This document shows positions 14,800-28,499 of a DNA stretch of 64,000 nt, one piece after another (position 1 is the stretch's first letter; every line of letters begins with the position of its first letter). Location: NCBI RefSeq assembly GCF_006345805.1, contig NC_042997.1, positions 198,028,001 through 198,092,000 of the forward strand. Reading direction: 5' to 3'. The position numbers were made by a program, and so were the translations under genes. The notes under the pieces are model-generated. The model was not told the DNA's origin and did no database searches. It saw nothing but the letters and a program-made list of their open reading frames with translations. This DNA comes from Octopus sinensis (Eukaryota).

Positions 14800-15215
14800 T
14801 CGATTTAAGTTGTACTATAAAACCTACGCATCTGTATCCTTGTATATCCGATGTAAACCTGTGAGGAGGAACAGTATTTTAGTCCAAAGTTAGGTTGATC
14901 ACAACCGATTTGTATTGCAGTTAATAAAATGGGGTTAATGTCAAGGCTTGTCTGCTTTGTTCTCTCTCGGGAGCATATATATAGCTCTCCTGTGTGACCC
15001 TTCTGTCCAGCCTTCGCCATGATAGTGCGCTAGCCACTACACATTCTTTATTTTCTCTCCTTGTTTCTTTCTGTGTTTCTTTTTGCGGAAGAGCGTAGGC
15101 TCGAAACGTCAAAGACTTTTTCACTTCCCGTGTGTTATACTAATACATCTGTTTGTTGTCTACACCACCTGTCTTCGTCTTATGTTTTTTTTTGCGAATT
15201 CTCCCTATATATGTA
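14800..15215. repeat. TA-flanked interspersed repeat carrying the 15078 hammerhead-like motif; a related fragment lies at 10503-10597 in the opposite orientation
   Basis: tatactaatacatctgtttg..tacaccacctgtcttcgtct matches the reverse complement of 10525-10575. Confidence 0.6.
15078..15115 (+). ncRNA. Degenerate minimal hammerhead-like motif
   Basis: tcttt-TTGCGGA-A-GAGC GTAG GCTC-GAAA-CG-TC-aaaga. All three stems are intact but the core is eroded. Confidence 0.4.
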
Positions 15216-15692
15216 TGTATATATATATATTATATATATATATATATATATATGTATATAGGTTCTCAGTCTTAGCCTACATTCTAAGTTTTATAGTTAG
15301 GTGTTGTACAACTTAAATCGAACTATACAATTATACATGTGTGTGTGTGCGTGTGTATCTGTGTGTGTCTATATTCTATAGTCTTTGCGTGAAAAATCCT
15401 AAATGTTAACTCTAATTTTTATTCACTTGCAGTAAACGTTTCTTTTTCTTCACATGATGTAATTGAAATGTTCATCTATAAGAAACACATCTGAGACAAA
15501 TGTAGTGAACCTTAGTCCATTTGTGTTATCATTTATTCTACACTACACTCGGAACCTTCCCTACGTTAGATCTTGAGCCTATATGCCGGAGTATACTCTT
15601 GTGTAATTTTACGTTGATACACGCCGATGTGCTGACTTTGACCATGCGGTGGTTTCCTTATTAAAATACTTCGATACTATTGGACACTACAA

Positions 15693-15758
<66 letters not shown>

Positions 15759-16149
15759 TATATTGTTCTGTTGGCTTAAACATTTTCTTGGTCAGCATAA
15801 GGCAGACAAGTCTGGATTCATATATTTCACAGTAACATAAGCAGCAAGGTGCATTATGTCTGTAGTCGCTTAAATCACGTTTCAGAAAAGCTTTGTGATT
15901 TCAACGAAGATAAATCAACAACTTACTGTTGTGACAATCTGCAGGATTACTCTGGTAAATTTTAGTTCATAAAGTGAATTTTCAAATACACGCTTCACAT
16001 ATGTTGATTGACTGATCATATTTCTGTTTTAGGTTCAGTTAAAGTTAATATTACTTTAAGTGCACTTCCTTCTAGGGCCTTCCTGCTGAAATAAATTGAT
16101 TTAGTGATGCTCTCAGCAGGTTGCTAACGAAATACGAAAGAATATTTTA

Positions 16150-17425
16150 TTAGGTTGTCAAGAAAGTTCTTGAGGTTTTTAACCTTTAAATTCAGATGTA
16201 CATATCTCGGCTCAAACAAAAAACTTTATTAATCGAAATATACACCATCAGAATCAACACACTGTTGCCAACGCGAAACAAGTTTATTTATGCCAGTAGC
16301 GTAAAAATCCTGCGTTCTGATGGCGATGATGTCGTTGAAGACGTCTTTCGCAGTCTTGGTTTTTGAAGCATTTCTCATGCAGGACGTTGTCGAGATGCTT
16401 GAAAAAGTGGTAGTCGGTAGGCGCGAGGTCTGGTGAATATGGCGGATGAGGCAGAGTTTCGTAGCCAAATTCGTTCAACTTCTGCAGCGTCAGTTGAGCG
16501 ACGTGCAGCCGAGCGTTGTCACGGAGAAGAATTGGTCCTTTCCTATTGACCAATGCTGGCCGTAGGAGTTTCTTATGCATTTCATGTATTTGCTGATTGT
16601 ACTTCTGCACCATAATGGTTTCTCCTGGATCCAAAAAGCTGTGATGGATGAGACCGGCCGCAGATCACCAAACAGTCACCATGACCTTCTTTTCAAGCAA
16701 CTTTGGCTTCGGGAAGTGTCGTGGAGCTTCGTCGGCGTCCAGCCACTGAACTGAGCGCCGCCGGTTGTCGCAAAGAATCCACTTTTCATCGCAAGTCACA
16801 ATCCGGTCGATAAACGAGTCATTCTTGTTGCGTAAAAGAAGGGAAGACGACACTTTAAAACAAGGTTTTTTTTTTTTTTGCTTGTCGTTCAGTTCGTGCG
16901 GCACCCATTTCTCAAGTATTTTTCTTCCAATCTCTTTCAAGCGGTTGGAAATTGTCGTATACGTTACGTCTAATTCAGAAGCAAGCTCTCGAACAGATGT
17001 GCGTGGATTAGCTTCCACTAAGACATTTAGTTGATCGTTGTCAACATCCGATGTCCGACCACTGCGCTTATTATCTTCAAGACCCTCGTCACCGTTACCA
17101 AATTACTTGAACCACCATTGTGCTGTACGTTCATTGGTGGTTCCTGGGCCAAACCCATCGTTGATATCACGAGCTGTTTTAGAAGCTTTTCGGCCTAGCT
17201 TGTACTGGAATAAGAAAATTGAATTTGCTTTTTGTCCATGTATTGAACATTCCGGAAAAATAGCCTAATTATTCAAAAAGAAAAAGAGTAATACGATTAG
17301 ATAGAGCGAAAAACGGGCTTTAAAATGATATATAAAGTCTGAAGTAATATAACGAAAATTAATTTGAAAATACATCATTTAAAACCAAAGTGAAAAATTC
17401 CGCAAGAACTTTCTTGACAACATAA
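16150..17425 (-). mobile_element. Mariner DNA transposon, Hsmar1-like (cecropia-type), full length, defective
   Basis: TIRs ttaggttgtcaagaaagttcttg and caagaactttcttgacaacataa with TA flanks (16148-49, 17426-27). Transposase fragments [21 protein letters not shown] and HPPYSPDLAPTDY (DD34D-type). Confidence 0.92.
16229..17239 (-). pseudogene. Mariner transposase pseudogene
   Basis: MDKKQI...WWFK*...[12 protein letters not shown]...KKVMVTVW...SRWQQCVDSDGVYFD*, with several frameshifts and a premature stop. Confidence 0.88.
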
Positions 17426-17816
17426 TACCTACTCTAAAGTCTGTAGGATTTTGCTGTGGAGGTTTTCCTGTATGATATGTTCGTCGTGAAAGTTCATTAA
17501 AGGAAAAGAAGAGGAGTCCTTATTCTCGAAATGAGTTGCATTGGAGTTTCCAATATACAAAATATGACACCAAATAACATAATTTCTGCTTTATATACGA
17601 ACTTGTAAATACCAGTATGACATAGTATATAGCGTAGGTTCCTTTTAATGATATTTTCCAATGCAAAACGATTATAAACGACTTTCAACCCTGCAAGTGA
17701 CAATGTGTCAATTTTTGTTTCTAAATTGCAGCCGTGATTCCGGAAGACAAGAATCGAAAACTAATTTTTGCGAACACAAGAACTGTTCGCATATCTAAAT
17801 TATATATATATATATA

Positions 17817-17855
<39 letters not shown>

Positions 17856-17989
17856 ACACACGCACAAGCACACACACACACGCACGCACACACATATTAC
17901 ATATATAAATATATATATATGCTATATATGCAATTATATACACCTATATACGTGTATATGTTCATATACATATATATCTGCAGACATAC

Positions 17990-18975
17990 ATCTACACTGT
18001 CTTAGGTGTTCAATCATAAACATGCACACACATCTAACTATACGCATATATACATACATACACATACATACACACACATACCCACGCACATACACACACA
18101 TACACACACACATACACACATACATACACACACTACATACACACACATACATACACACACACATACACACACATAACACACAACATGCATACACACACAT
18201 ACATACAACACACATGCATACACACATACATACACACACATACATACACACACATACATCACACACACACACTCACACACATACACACACACATACACAC
18301 ACATGCATACACACGCATACATACACACACATGCATACACACGCATACATACACACACATACACACATACACCACATACACACACATACACACACATACC
18401 CACGCACATACACACACATGCATACACACACATGCATACACACACATACATACACACACATACATACACACACATACATACACACACACATACACACACA
18501 TACACACACATGCATACACACACATACATACACACACATGCATACACACATACATACACACACATACATACACACACATACATCCACACACACACACTCA
18601 CACATACACACACACATACACACACATGCATACACACGCATACATACACACACATGCATACACACGCATACATACACACACATACACACATACACACACA
18701 TACACACACATACACACACATACCCACGCACATACACACACATGCATACACACACATGCATACACACACATACATACACACACATACATACACACACATA
18801 CATACACACACATACATACACACACATACATACACACACATACACACACACATACACACACATACATACACACACATACATACACATACATACACACACA
18901 TACATACACACACATCCATACACACACACACACGTATATATGCACACACACACGTATATATGCACACACACATAT
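17990..18975. repeat. ~1-kb compound (CA)n/(CATA)n microsatellite
   Basis: Direct reading; source of the spurious His/Thr- and Val/Cys-rich ORFs. Confidence 0.95.
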
Positions 18976-19639
18976 ACGTATATGCGTCTCGAGATGCATA
19001 TCTTGTTTAATTAGTCACAGATTCGTGCTTACTTTCCAGTTTTCTAAGGTGATGCATTTTCATCGATTTCATTGATTCCTCGCATACTTATTTTTAGTGG
19101 ATTGTACATAATTTCCTACCAATACGCACATACATACATGCGTGCGCGTGCGTGTGTGTTTGTGTGCACGTGTTATTTGATTAGCTCATGATCTGCGTTG
19201 ACGTTTCAGATTTTTTTTAGTGTGATGTACGTCGATCGATTTCCTTAATTCGGCTAATTCCGTTTTTCGACACTTGCGTATAATTTGCAATCGGAACAGG
19301 TAAATATCAAGCTGGATATGCTATTGCATTATGCTAGCCATGTATACTATCAGTCACACCAACACGAGCAAGGTGTTTATACGGTCACCTGGCTTGCTAA
19401 TCACAATATTATATGTACTTTAAATCTAGCATTGCATTTCTAAAACATGAAAGTGACTTCGGTAGCATTTATCATATTATTGATTTGTTATGAATAAAGA
19501 TGCTCTGATCACGGCCGTCGTATGATCACCGAATCTCTTGAAACAAACGTTATTCATCTCACTTTTATAGGGTTGGAAGTGGACACTTGTAGCAAGATCG
19601 TTTACACGGGAATGGAATCCAGAACGTCAGGGTAGAAAT

Positions 19640-20000
19640 GGCTGGGTATATTCATTAGTAGAGGCCCTTTGCAAGGTTAAGGGGAGGATGAGTGGTGAAC
19701 AAGTGGGATGAGTAAGAGCGGGGACTGCACCAGCTCAACCAAGCAGGCTCCATGGATCATTTCTACCACTGTGGTAGAAATAATAGAAAACAGCCAGGGA
19801 AGAGTTTAAGGAAACAACTCTTCCGTCAGCTAGAGATGTGAGTGTTGGTGAGTGTCAAGATCTAATCATTCAAGAAGCGTTTCTTTGTAGGGTGCAGAAG
19901 CGGAATTTCCTAAATATGTGAGAGCAGTATTTACATAGTGAGTGCAATGGAAGGTTTATAGAGGTTTAGTAGTATCTAGGGTCTATGTGACACTTTTGGA
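19640..20000 (-). mobile_element. Degraded CR1/Jockey-like LINE RT C-terminal fragment
   Basis: Residual LNLYK and YCSHI.GNS motifs in broken frames. Confidence 0.35.
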
Positions 20001-20164
20001 AAAATTTTTTCGAGGTTATGTGCATGTCATCGTTATTAAGGATTATTTGTTATTAAATTCCACTTTGAAATATTTGATGCCGGATTCCTCGAGTAAAAAT
20101 GAAAATAGAAAATATAATCTCCTGTAAATATGCATAATTTGTCTTTTACTTGTTGGGGCACTTT

Positions 20165-20525
20165 TTTTCAGAATTTTTAGTCAAATGAATCGACCCCGTA
20201 CTTATTTTTTAAACCTGGTACTTATCCCATCGGTCTTTCTTGCTGAACAGTTAAGTTACAAGGACGTAAACACACCAGCACCGGTGGTGGGGGAAACACA
20301 TATACAAAGGCACACACACATGCACACACACACACACATGCACACACACAGACACACATACACACACGATGGTCTTCTTTCACTCTTCGTCTACGAAATC
20401 CACTCACAAGGCTTTGATCAGCCCGAGGATAAAGTAGAAGACACTCGACCAAGGTGTCACGCAGTGGGATTGAACCCGGAATCATGTCACTGGAGAGCAA
20501 GCTTCTTACCGTACAGCCATGCCTG
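20165..20525 (-). mobile_element. SINE family B, diverged
   Basis: Same head and tail blocks. Confidence 0.75.
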
Positions 20526-20944
20526 CATCCGATGCAAATATATTTTATTTAACAAATAAAATTAGTTGAGAAAATTAAAAAGACGACAGGTAGATTGAGC
20601 CCATAAGGGAATAGTTCTACTTGGAAGTTGAAGTCCTAGGTCAAAATACCAGCTCCCTTTTCTGGTGCCGAATGCCGGCATAATTCTAGATATGTTCTAC
20701 CTGAACACTTTTCATAATAAATGTGTTTCTGTTGAGATAATTTGGTCTAAAGGAATATCTTAATTCTATCAGACCTTATAAGTCTTTCAAAATTTTGAGC
20801 TTCTTTGAAGAATCATGAGGATTCTATAATTTTCAAAACAGGATTTATTAAAGTACCTACATGTTCTAACTACATGCCTTTTAGACGAAAATAAACCAAT
20901 ACTGATTGTACGATTTATTGAGACAAATTCGTTGACAGAATTTT

Positions 20945-21252
20945 TTTATTTATTTATGAGCCCTTTTCAAGCCTATCCAGGCTCATGGGCCCGGTTTCCC
21001 GGTTTCTATGGCGTATATGTTCACCCCAGCTGGACGGCACGCGAGCCTATCGCAGCGTTACTCATGAAGCATAGAGAAAGAGTGAGAGAAAGTTGGGGCG
21101 AAAGAGTACAACAGGGATCCCCCCCTGCCGGAGCCTCGTGGAGCTTTAGGTGTTTTCGCTCAGTAAACACACACAACGCCAGGTCTGGGATTCGAAACCG
21201 CGATCCTCCGATCACGAGTCCGCTGCCTTAACCACTGGGCCATTGCGCCTTC
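20945..21252 (-). mobile_element. SINE family C head with tail type 2
   Basis: Shares the ~170-bp head and centre with 46031; different tail. Confidence 0.8.
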
Positions 21253-22827
21253 CGTAGACAGGATTGGTAAGGTATTTCATTATTATATAATTTGGCCGAA
21301 ATATTTCCTTCAATACATTCTACTGCAAATAGGTAAAATATTCAAGAAGCTTAGCATGTAATATGGCCCACATATGCAATGATATTCACGCTTGCCCCCA
21401 TGTGTGCTTCGGCATATACATTTGTGTGTGTGAGAGAGTTGATGAATATTGGTATGCATATATATATATATATATATATACATGGATTCATATATACATG
21501 CATGTGTGCATCCATCCACTAACAGATACATACATGCACAAGAGACTTCTTTTCGATGCTGTCTAACGTCGTCTTGTTTTTATCATTGAAACCAGCACTG
21601 TCTTCATCGGTTGGAAATTCGGAAAATAAAACCAGGAAAACACACACACACACACACGAAGCCATATAACAAGGAGATGGGTTAAGAGATGCGTGATCCG
21701 TTCTTTCTCGGAAAATAATGGAGTGTAATACAATTATAAAAAATTGCTTGTAAATCTATTAGCGGCGAAGAATGTGTAAGAATTCCTGTTTACTACTTTT
21801 TAAGATTAGCGTGGAGTATGTGGTATACATTAATGTATTCTGTTTATTGATTTCCACGAACGAATGTTAGATTAAGAAATGCTCCAGGACCTGAATAGAA
21901 AGAGATATATACTTTTGATTTAGGTAGGTGTGTGACAACCAGGGAGAACTGGAAAGAAAGGGAGAGGCCACAAAACTGATAAATAGTTTCGTATAGTTGT
22001 GAATTAATCATGAAGGGTAAATAACTGTATTTATTGATTTTCCCGATTTAGTGCAACATAAATGTATCATCGATTTCACAGTTTCATGGCATTCTCTTAA
22101 AGGAATATGTAGGTGTACAGGTTGTAATGTCTCCCGAGAGCATGAGATGAAATGCGAAAGGTTTTCTCCAAAGGGAGTGTCAATTCCATAGATTTTGTTG
22201 GTGGTACAGGATAGATTTGATATGTTTCTAGGTTGCAGAGATATAATCGCTTAAAAGGTACAAAGAGATGTAAATGTTTAGATGTTGCTTAGCATTTACT
22301 GTAAACGGAAGTAAAGTAATTAGGTACTTATTTATCTTATTTTGTAGAATGATATTTAGTTCAAATAAGTGAATGTATATTGAGTTGAGTTCAGTAATAT
22401 TTGCTGTAAGCAAACAAACTCTCAAGAGTGCTTTTATTGCTAGGGCATAGCCTATATTTTAATCTGTTGAAAGCTTCGCGTTCATTTCAAAATTATATAA
22501 GTGGAGACTTTAACCTTTTAATCTACAGCTTGAAAGAGCCAGTGGGACGAAAATTATAAATAACTGTCGCTTATTTCTAAGATACAAATAAAAATATGGA
22601 CATATACGAGGGGTGTATGAAAGGTTTTGAGCCTTCAAGGCCATTGACCCTTGAAGTTTTGTATCTTCATCAGAAGTCTTGTACCATGTTTTGTTTTTTG
22701 AGGATCAAGACTTCTGTATAAAACTTAGATGAAACTTAGATATGTTTCGACCAAAGATTGGTCCAGGCCATGTCTAACTTAATAGCACCACCTGATAGGA
22801 TTAGCTAAATCCTTTTTAAGTCAGCTT

Positions 22828-23013
22828 TTGTTTATGTCCATTCAAGAAGTGAATTCATGTCGAGTGAGTTGTATCAAGGTATGGGTGACTTATCTGGTAT
22901 TCCTTGAAGAAATCTGTCCAGATTCCGTTTAAAGGTGATGGGATCATTTTCCTCTTTAATCAGTTTTGAGACAATGATAAACAGGGCAAGGCCTGTTGAG
23001 GAAAAGAAATTCT
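22828..23013 (-). mobile_element. CR1/L2-type LINE ORF2 C-terminal fragment
   Basis: NFFSSTGLALF..IKEENDPITFKRNLDRFLQGIPDKSPIP*YNSLDMNSLLEW. Confidence 0.55.
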
Positions 23014-23282
23014 GTCACAGTGTACCTATATGTTGTGAGCCTGAATTGTATGTGAGTGTGTGATTGTGTGTGTGTGTATTTACTTGTGTGTCATTGTTTG
23101 CCCTCCCATCATCGCTTGACAACCGATGTTGGTGCGTTTACGTCTCCATAAAGACAAAAGAGCCGATAGAATAAATACTAAGTTTACAAAGAATATATAT
23201 ATATATACCAGAGTAAGCACATAATAAGTGCTCTACCATGGCCGCAGTCGAATAACTGAAACTAACAGAAGAAATAAACGCT

Positions 23283-23349
<67 letters not shown>

Positions 23350-23353
<4 letters not shown>

Positions 23354-23395
23354 AGAGTAAGCACATAAATGTGAAACAAGGTGGAAAAAATAGTA
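23350..23395 (-). repeat. Solo fragment of the PLE 3' tail in (TA)n; a shorter piece is at 23206-23225
   Basis: Reverse complement of ccaccttgtttcacatttatgtg.ttactc.ggtat, seen at 39040-39075. Confidence 0.7.
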
Positions 23396-23430
23396 CAGTT
23401 TTTGTGGTCTTAGCAGCTTTATTAATAAAG

Positions 23431-23564
<134 letters not shown>

Positions 23565-23591
23565 CGCATATATATATGTATGTATTTATAC

Positions 23592-23623
<32 letters not shown>

Positions 23624-24149
23624 AGTAGATGTGTTGTGTCTCCGTGTGCGTGCATTTGTGTGCTTGCGTTTCATGTAAAATCATGCACATAGACTCATTA
23701 ACTGACAGCGCCTTTGAATTCATTTATGTACGGTATTGTCTTTATATTTACAAGGGAAAAGATTAACATGGATTTTAATGCTTCACTGTTAGAATGAACG
23801 CTGTGGCTAACAACAGCCTCTGTTCTTCTTCCTTTAAATCGCTTATCCTTTATTTCGCGTTGTAACTCTGCTTTCCTTCTTTTTTTTTGTCTCATTCTTT
23901 TCCATTTTATCTCAAATTCTCTTCCTCTTGTTCCCTCTTCAACTTTTCTTTTTCTCAGTATTTCTTCCTTACGTAGGAGCATGTATGAACAATCAGTAGT
24001 TCCCCATAATTCTCGGATATAAGTTAATCTCTAATGTGATAAGGATGAAGAAACAATTTTCATTTTCACCCTGAAAAAGGACCCTGCCCGAAACGACGGA
24101 TAATCAGTACACTAACTTGAGAAAGTAACAAATAAAGTTTATGCCAATA

Positions 24150-26170
24150 CAGACGACTACGTACTTAGAGTATGACTGGGAACTGGCAAAGCAAGTGATC
24201 ACAACCTTGTACTGATCACAATAGCAATTAAGCTGAGATCCAAAAGATCCAAAATGTAAGAATAATTATATGATGTAGAAAACTCTAAAGACCCGAACAA
24301 AACAGGAAATTCTAGAACACAGATAAGAGTAATATTTATTTTATTATCATTATTCGATACAAGTGTCCGAGAGTTAACGTGAGTTATTGGGGGAAATAGC
24401 TACACCAAAAAGTCATTACAGATCCTCGATAAAATGAAAAAAGCAAAATTCCACGGATAAATTAAAAAAAAAATCAGTTTTGAAGAAGGAAGCCCTCTGG
24501 AATAGAATCAATATGGAAACTAAAGCAACAGGAATGGAATATAAATTGGATAGCAGGGAAGTATAAAAGGATGAAACCTGAGCAGCAAATGACACGAGGG
24601 TTAATGAAAAGTGTGAAGAAATAAAAAGAAGTCATGGAGCAAATAACTCAAGAAAAATCGTACGAAATGGTTAAAGTTCTAACCGAATAATGGGTGCCTA
24701 AATGTCAGGTATTTGAAGATAAATATGGCAGCTTACCAGCCAAAGCGAGGGACGTAACTGATAGATAGAAGGAATAATGTGAGGAATTTTACAGCCACAA
24801 AGCAGAAGCAGATAGCAATGTGCTAAAACAATTAAGGATTAAAATTCCTATTGCAAGAGAAAGAAATCACTTCAGAAGTGACGCAGGCAATTAAGAAAGT
24901 ATAATGTAATAAATCATCTGAAACAGGAAACATAAACGCAAAACTGATAAAGAGCCATGATGAATATTTTACTGAGATTCTTTGTAAAATTTGTAATAAT
25001 ATTTTTCATATTAGAGAATGGCTCAGCAAATGGACAAAATCGATTGTTATACCATCACTGTGCAAAAAAGAGAAACACCAAAATAACCGTACATTTATTT
25101 TAATTCACCTTTCAAGTAAGGCTTTCTATAATACATACTATGGTACATACTAAATATATACTATGATACATACTAAAACATGAGCTACTTTCCAAGAAGG
25201 ACGGAATATTAAATGGTTCAAATTGTATTAGAGAAGTACCTCTGGATCTTTACCTTTTGACCTACAGATTTAAAAAATAATTTTTTGTAACTAAACACTT
25301 TCAAACGTCGGACACTGGTAGAATGTGTCATTTAAAACATTTTTACTCTTAGTATTTTTGAGAAAAAACTTATATTTACGAAGTTATTTCACGTTAAAGT
25401 TCTCGTATTTCGGTAATTTCAAGCAATCAATGACGGTAAAGATCTGTACTTCTTATATCGCCACTATTGCGACCATATTCGACAAGAAAAGATCCCGTAA
25501 TGTCAGCGAATATCTTCACACAAATTCATTGACTCTGAAAAACGTTTCACTCTCTGAGTCATGAGGCATTATAGCATTTAAGGGTAAAACACACAATCAT
25601 TATACCAACAGTAACTATAACAAGGTTATCATATAAACTTGCAAACATCCTGGCTCCCCTTTAATATTCAAGAAGTGGTTTAAACCATCGGTTGGAGTCT
25701 GATGAGCGCTTTCCTTCACAAAATGTTTTCAGTGTGTTTTTAAAGTACATAACGGCTGAAACATTTGAATATTTTGAGTGAAATAGTTTATTAGAAAGTA
25801 CGAAACCTAGTTATCTCCATTTTATATGTGATGTCGTTTAGATGCAATTTCTACAAATCTGAGGTGCTGGGATTTCAAATTAAACTTCCCCTTCTACTTC
25901 GAACATAAATTGTACAGAATGGGTTCTCGTTAATTTGATTTGATATGAAAATGATGCTGCACTAATAAATACATGACAAACATTGATTTACTATGACATA
26001 CGCCTTGATACAACTACTTGAAAGTGTAGGATGCAAATAAGAGCTGTAAAATAAAAAAAACAAGCAAGATAATATCTAGTTAAGGCATGGAAGGAAACCT
26101 AATTGAAATAGTTGAGAAAATGTTGAATGAATTTGATGCATTTAAGTATATGGGAAGAGTAGAGCGGCGG
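24150..26170 (+). mobile_element. Highly degraded RTE-type LINE (end of endonuclease plus RT), interrupted at about 25200-25600
   Basis: Residual motifs SDHNLV, EVTQAIKK, KWTKSIVIP, WFKPSVGV and FKYMG across broken frames. Confidence 0.55.
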
Positions 26171-26195
26171 AGAATATAAAATTGAATAAAGAAGC

Positions 26196-26365
26196 AGGCG
26201 CTGTCGTAGCTGTGCAGTAAGAAGCTGGCTTCCCAACTACATGGTCTTCAATTCAGTTCCACTGTGTGGCGCCTTAAGCAAGTGTCTTCTGCTTTAGCCT
26301 CGGGCCGACCATAAACCCTGTGAGTGGATTTGGTAGACGGTAACTGAAAGAAGTTCATCGTATAT
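26196..26365 (+). mobile_element. SINE family B head half
   Basis: ggcgctgtcgtagctgtg..gacggtaactgaaagaag. Confidence 0.7.
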
Positions 26366-26376
26366 ATATATATATA

Positions 26377-26688
26377 TCACCGTGATCACCGTGACCAACC
26401 AGGCTATCAGATGTTGTTACACATCGCTGGTCACAATGCGTTTCGCATTGTTTTAACCTTTAAATGATGCCACCGCGCTGGCTAAGTGAGCAGGCCAACA
26501 GAAGAAAGAGTGAGAGAAAGTTGCGGCGAAAGAGTACAGCAGGGATTGCCACCTCCCCCTGCTGGAGCCTCGTGGAGCTTTAGGTGTTTTCGCTCAATAA
26601 ACACTCACAATGCCTAGTCTAGGAATCGAAACCGTGATCCTATGACCGCGAGTCCGCTGCCCTAACCACTGGGCCATTGCACCTCCAC
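26377..26688 (-). mobile_element. SINE family C head with tail type 3
   Basis: Shares the head and centre; third distinct tail. Confidence 0.8.
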
Positions 26689-26703
26689 ACACACACACAC
26701 ACA

Positions 26704-26757
<54 letters not shown>

Positions 26758-26857
26758 ATTTAAATAATGAGGGTGATAAATTGAATATTAATTAATATCA
26801 ATATTTAAAACTGGTAGCCTAGCATATAGAAAAATATGAAAGTTCAGAAAAATTGTA

Positions 26858-27570
26858 ATACATGCGAATGATAGGGATAACCACTAAGTGGACATCCAGT
26901 ATGCTAGAAGAAGATCACCTACGATCTAACTACAAAGAAAAGAATGTTCTCTAGAGAAATTCAGCAAACACTAGAACATAAGCCGGTAAGAAATATGAAA
27001 GTATACAAAATACAGAGTTTATCGTAGAACGGTTTCGCCATCACTGATAATTACTTACGTAATTCTCGTCTGTGGACTCTTCAGTGCGATCGTTCCAATT
27101 CAATTTAATTTGTAGAACTATACACTAGTTGTCTTTATAAAATCAGGCATGTATATAGTTCTACTGATTACATTGGGATTATTTTCAAATGTCTAAGTTC
27201 TGGCGCGCTAAATTCCGGAAACTGTTCCGCAGTAGATAATTCTCTGCAGTTAATGTTGCCGGCTAGAGAGCATAATTAGAACTATACACACGTCTGATTT
27301 TATAAGGACAACTAGTGTATAGTCCTTCAAATTATATTGAATTGGAACGACCGCACTGAAGAGTCCACAGACGAGAATTACGTAAGTAATTATCGGTGAT
27401 GGCGAAACCGTTCTACGATAAACTCTGTATTTTGCATATTTTCATCTGTCTTACCGGCAAATGTTCTGGTGTTTGCTGAATTTCTCTAGAGAACATTCTT
27501 TTCTTTGTAGTTAGATCGTAGGTGATCTAGCATACTGGATTTCCATTTTGTGGTTATCCCTATTATACGC

Positions 27571-27576
<6 letters not shown>
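26858..27576. mobile_element. Foldback element with ~310-bp inverted arms and a ~100-bp spacer
   Basis: 26858-27168 is the reverse complement of 27273-27576 with scattered mismatches. Confidence 0.85.
27350..27397 (+). ncRNA. Hammerhead-like motif with GAGA in place of GAAA (mirrored at 27043-27090, minus)
   Basis: accgca-CTGAAGA-GTC CACA GAC-GAGA-ATTAC GTAA GTAAT-TA-tcggt. Confidence 0.35.
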
Positions 27577-27608
<32 letters not shown>

Positions 27609-28425
27609 AAAGATACAAAACGCGTATTAATATGCACTCATAACCAACTTTTATATTTTTACATATTACATCACTGTACATAAATCCCCTACTAAACAAG
27701 TTCCCTTTTTTAAAACCTGCCTCCCTTCTGTACACATATTTATTCCCCACCCAAAACCTAAACAGTTATCTCCCTTACACACAACAATAACAATAATAAC
27801 AACCAATTACCTTCCTTTACTTGTCAACTTGTAAAATCATTCACTCGTGAATTTCATTACAAACAACAAGGATCAAATTTCTTCTTAAGAAAAAATATAT
27901 ATTCATGTAAATTAAACATTATATCAGGAATAGCGATTGCGAAACCGGTCGATACATTAAAAATTATATTATAACCATGTAAGTATGCGTATTTTCCTTT
28001 TTAAATTTCTTATATACGTTACAATTTACCACGTGGGGACAATCCGAAATTCCTCTTTTCTGTTACTACTACTACTATGTATGTATATATATATATATAT
28101 ATATATATGTAAAAGTAAAAAAATATACAAACGGGAAAAGAACGTGAAACATTTAGAAGACGACACAAAAACACAATCATCAGTCAAGAACCGGATCATC
28201 TTCGCAATTTCGGCTGATTAATCTTGAGATTGCTCCGATCTGGGCAGCCCCCAAGGGAAATCTAAGCCAAGCGCATTAGATTCCTTGGAAGAAAGCCTCG
28301 AATGTATACAACACAGGGACGGAAAACGGACGATATTACACGAATAAAAATACAAAAATATGTAAAAACAATAATGATAGCACGAATAAGAATACAAAAT
28401 ACGTAAAAACAATAATGGTAAGGAT

Positions 28426-28499
<74 letters not shown>

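Noticed and set aside
17497-17703. 68-aa non-repetitive ORF or possible exon on the minus strand
   Set aside because: There is no recognisable domain and only a weak donor site.
19759-19781. 11-bp perfect palindrome
   Set aside because: It is short, lies within a degraded LINE, and is plausible by chance.
22614-22650. Mariner-like TIR start tacgagggg
   Set aside because: No partner TIR or transposase was found nearby.
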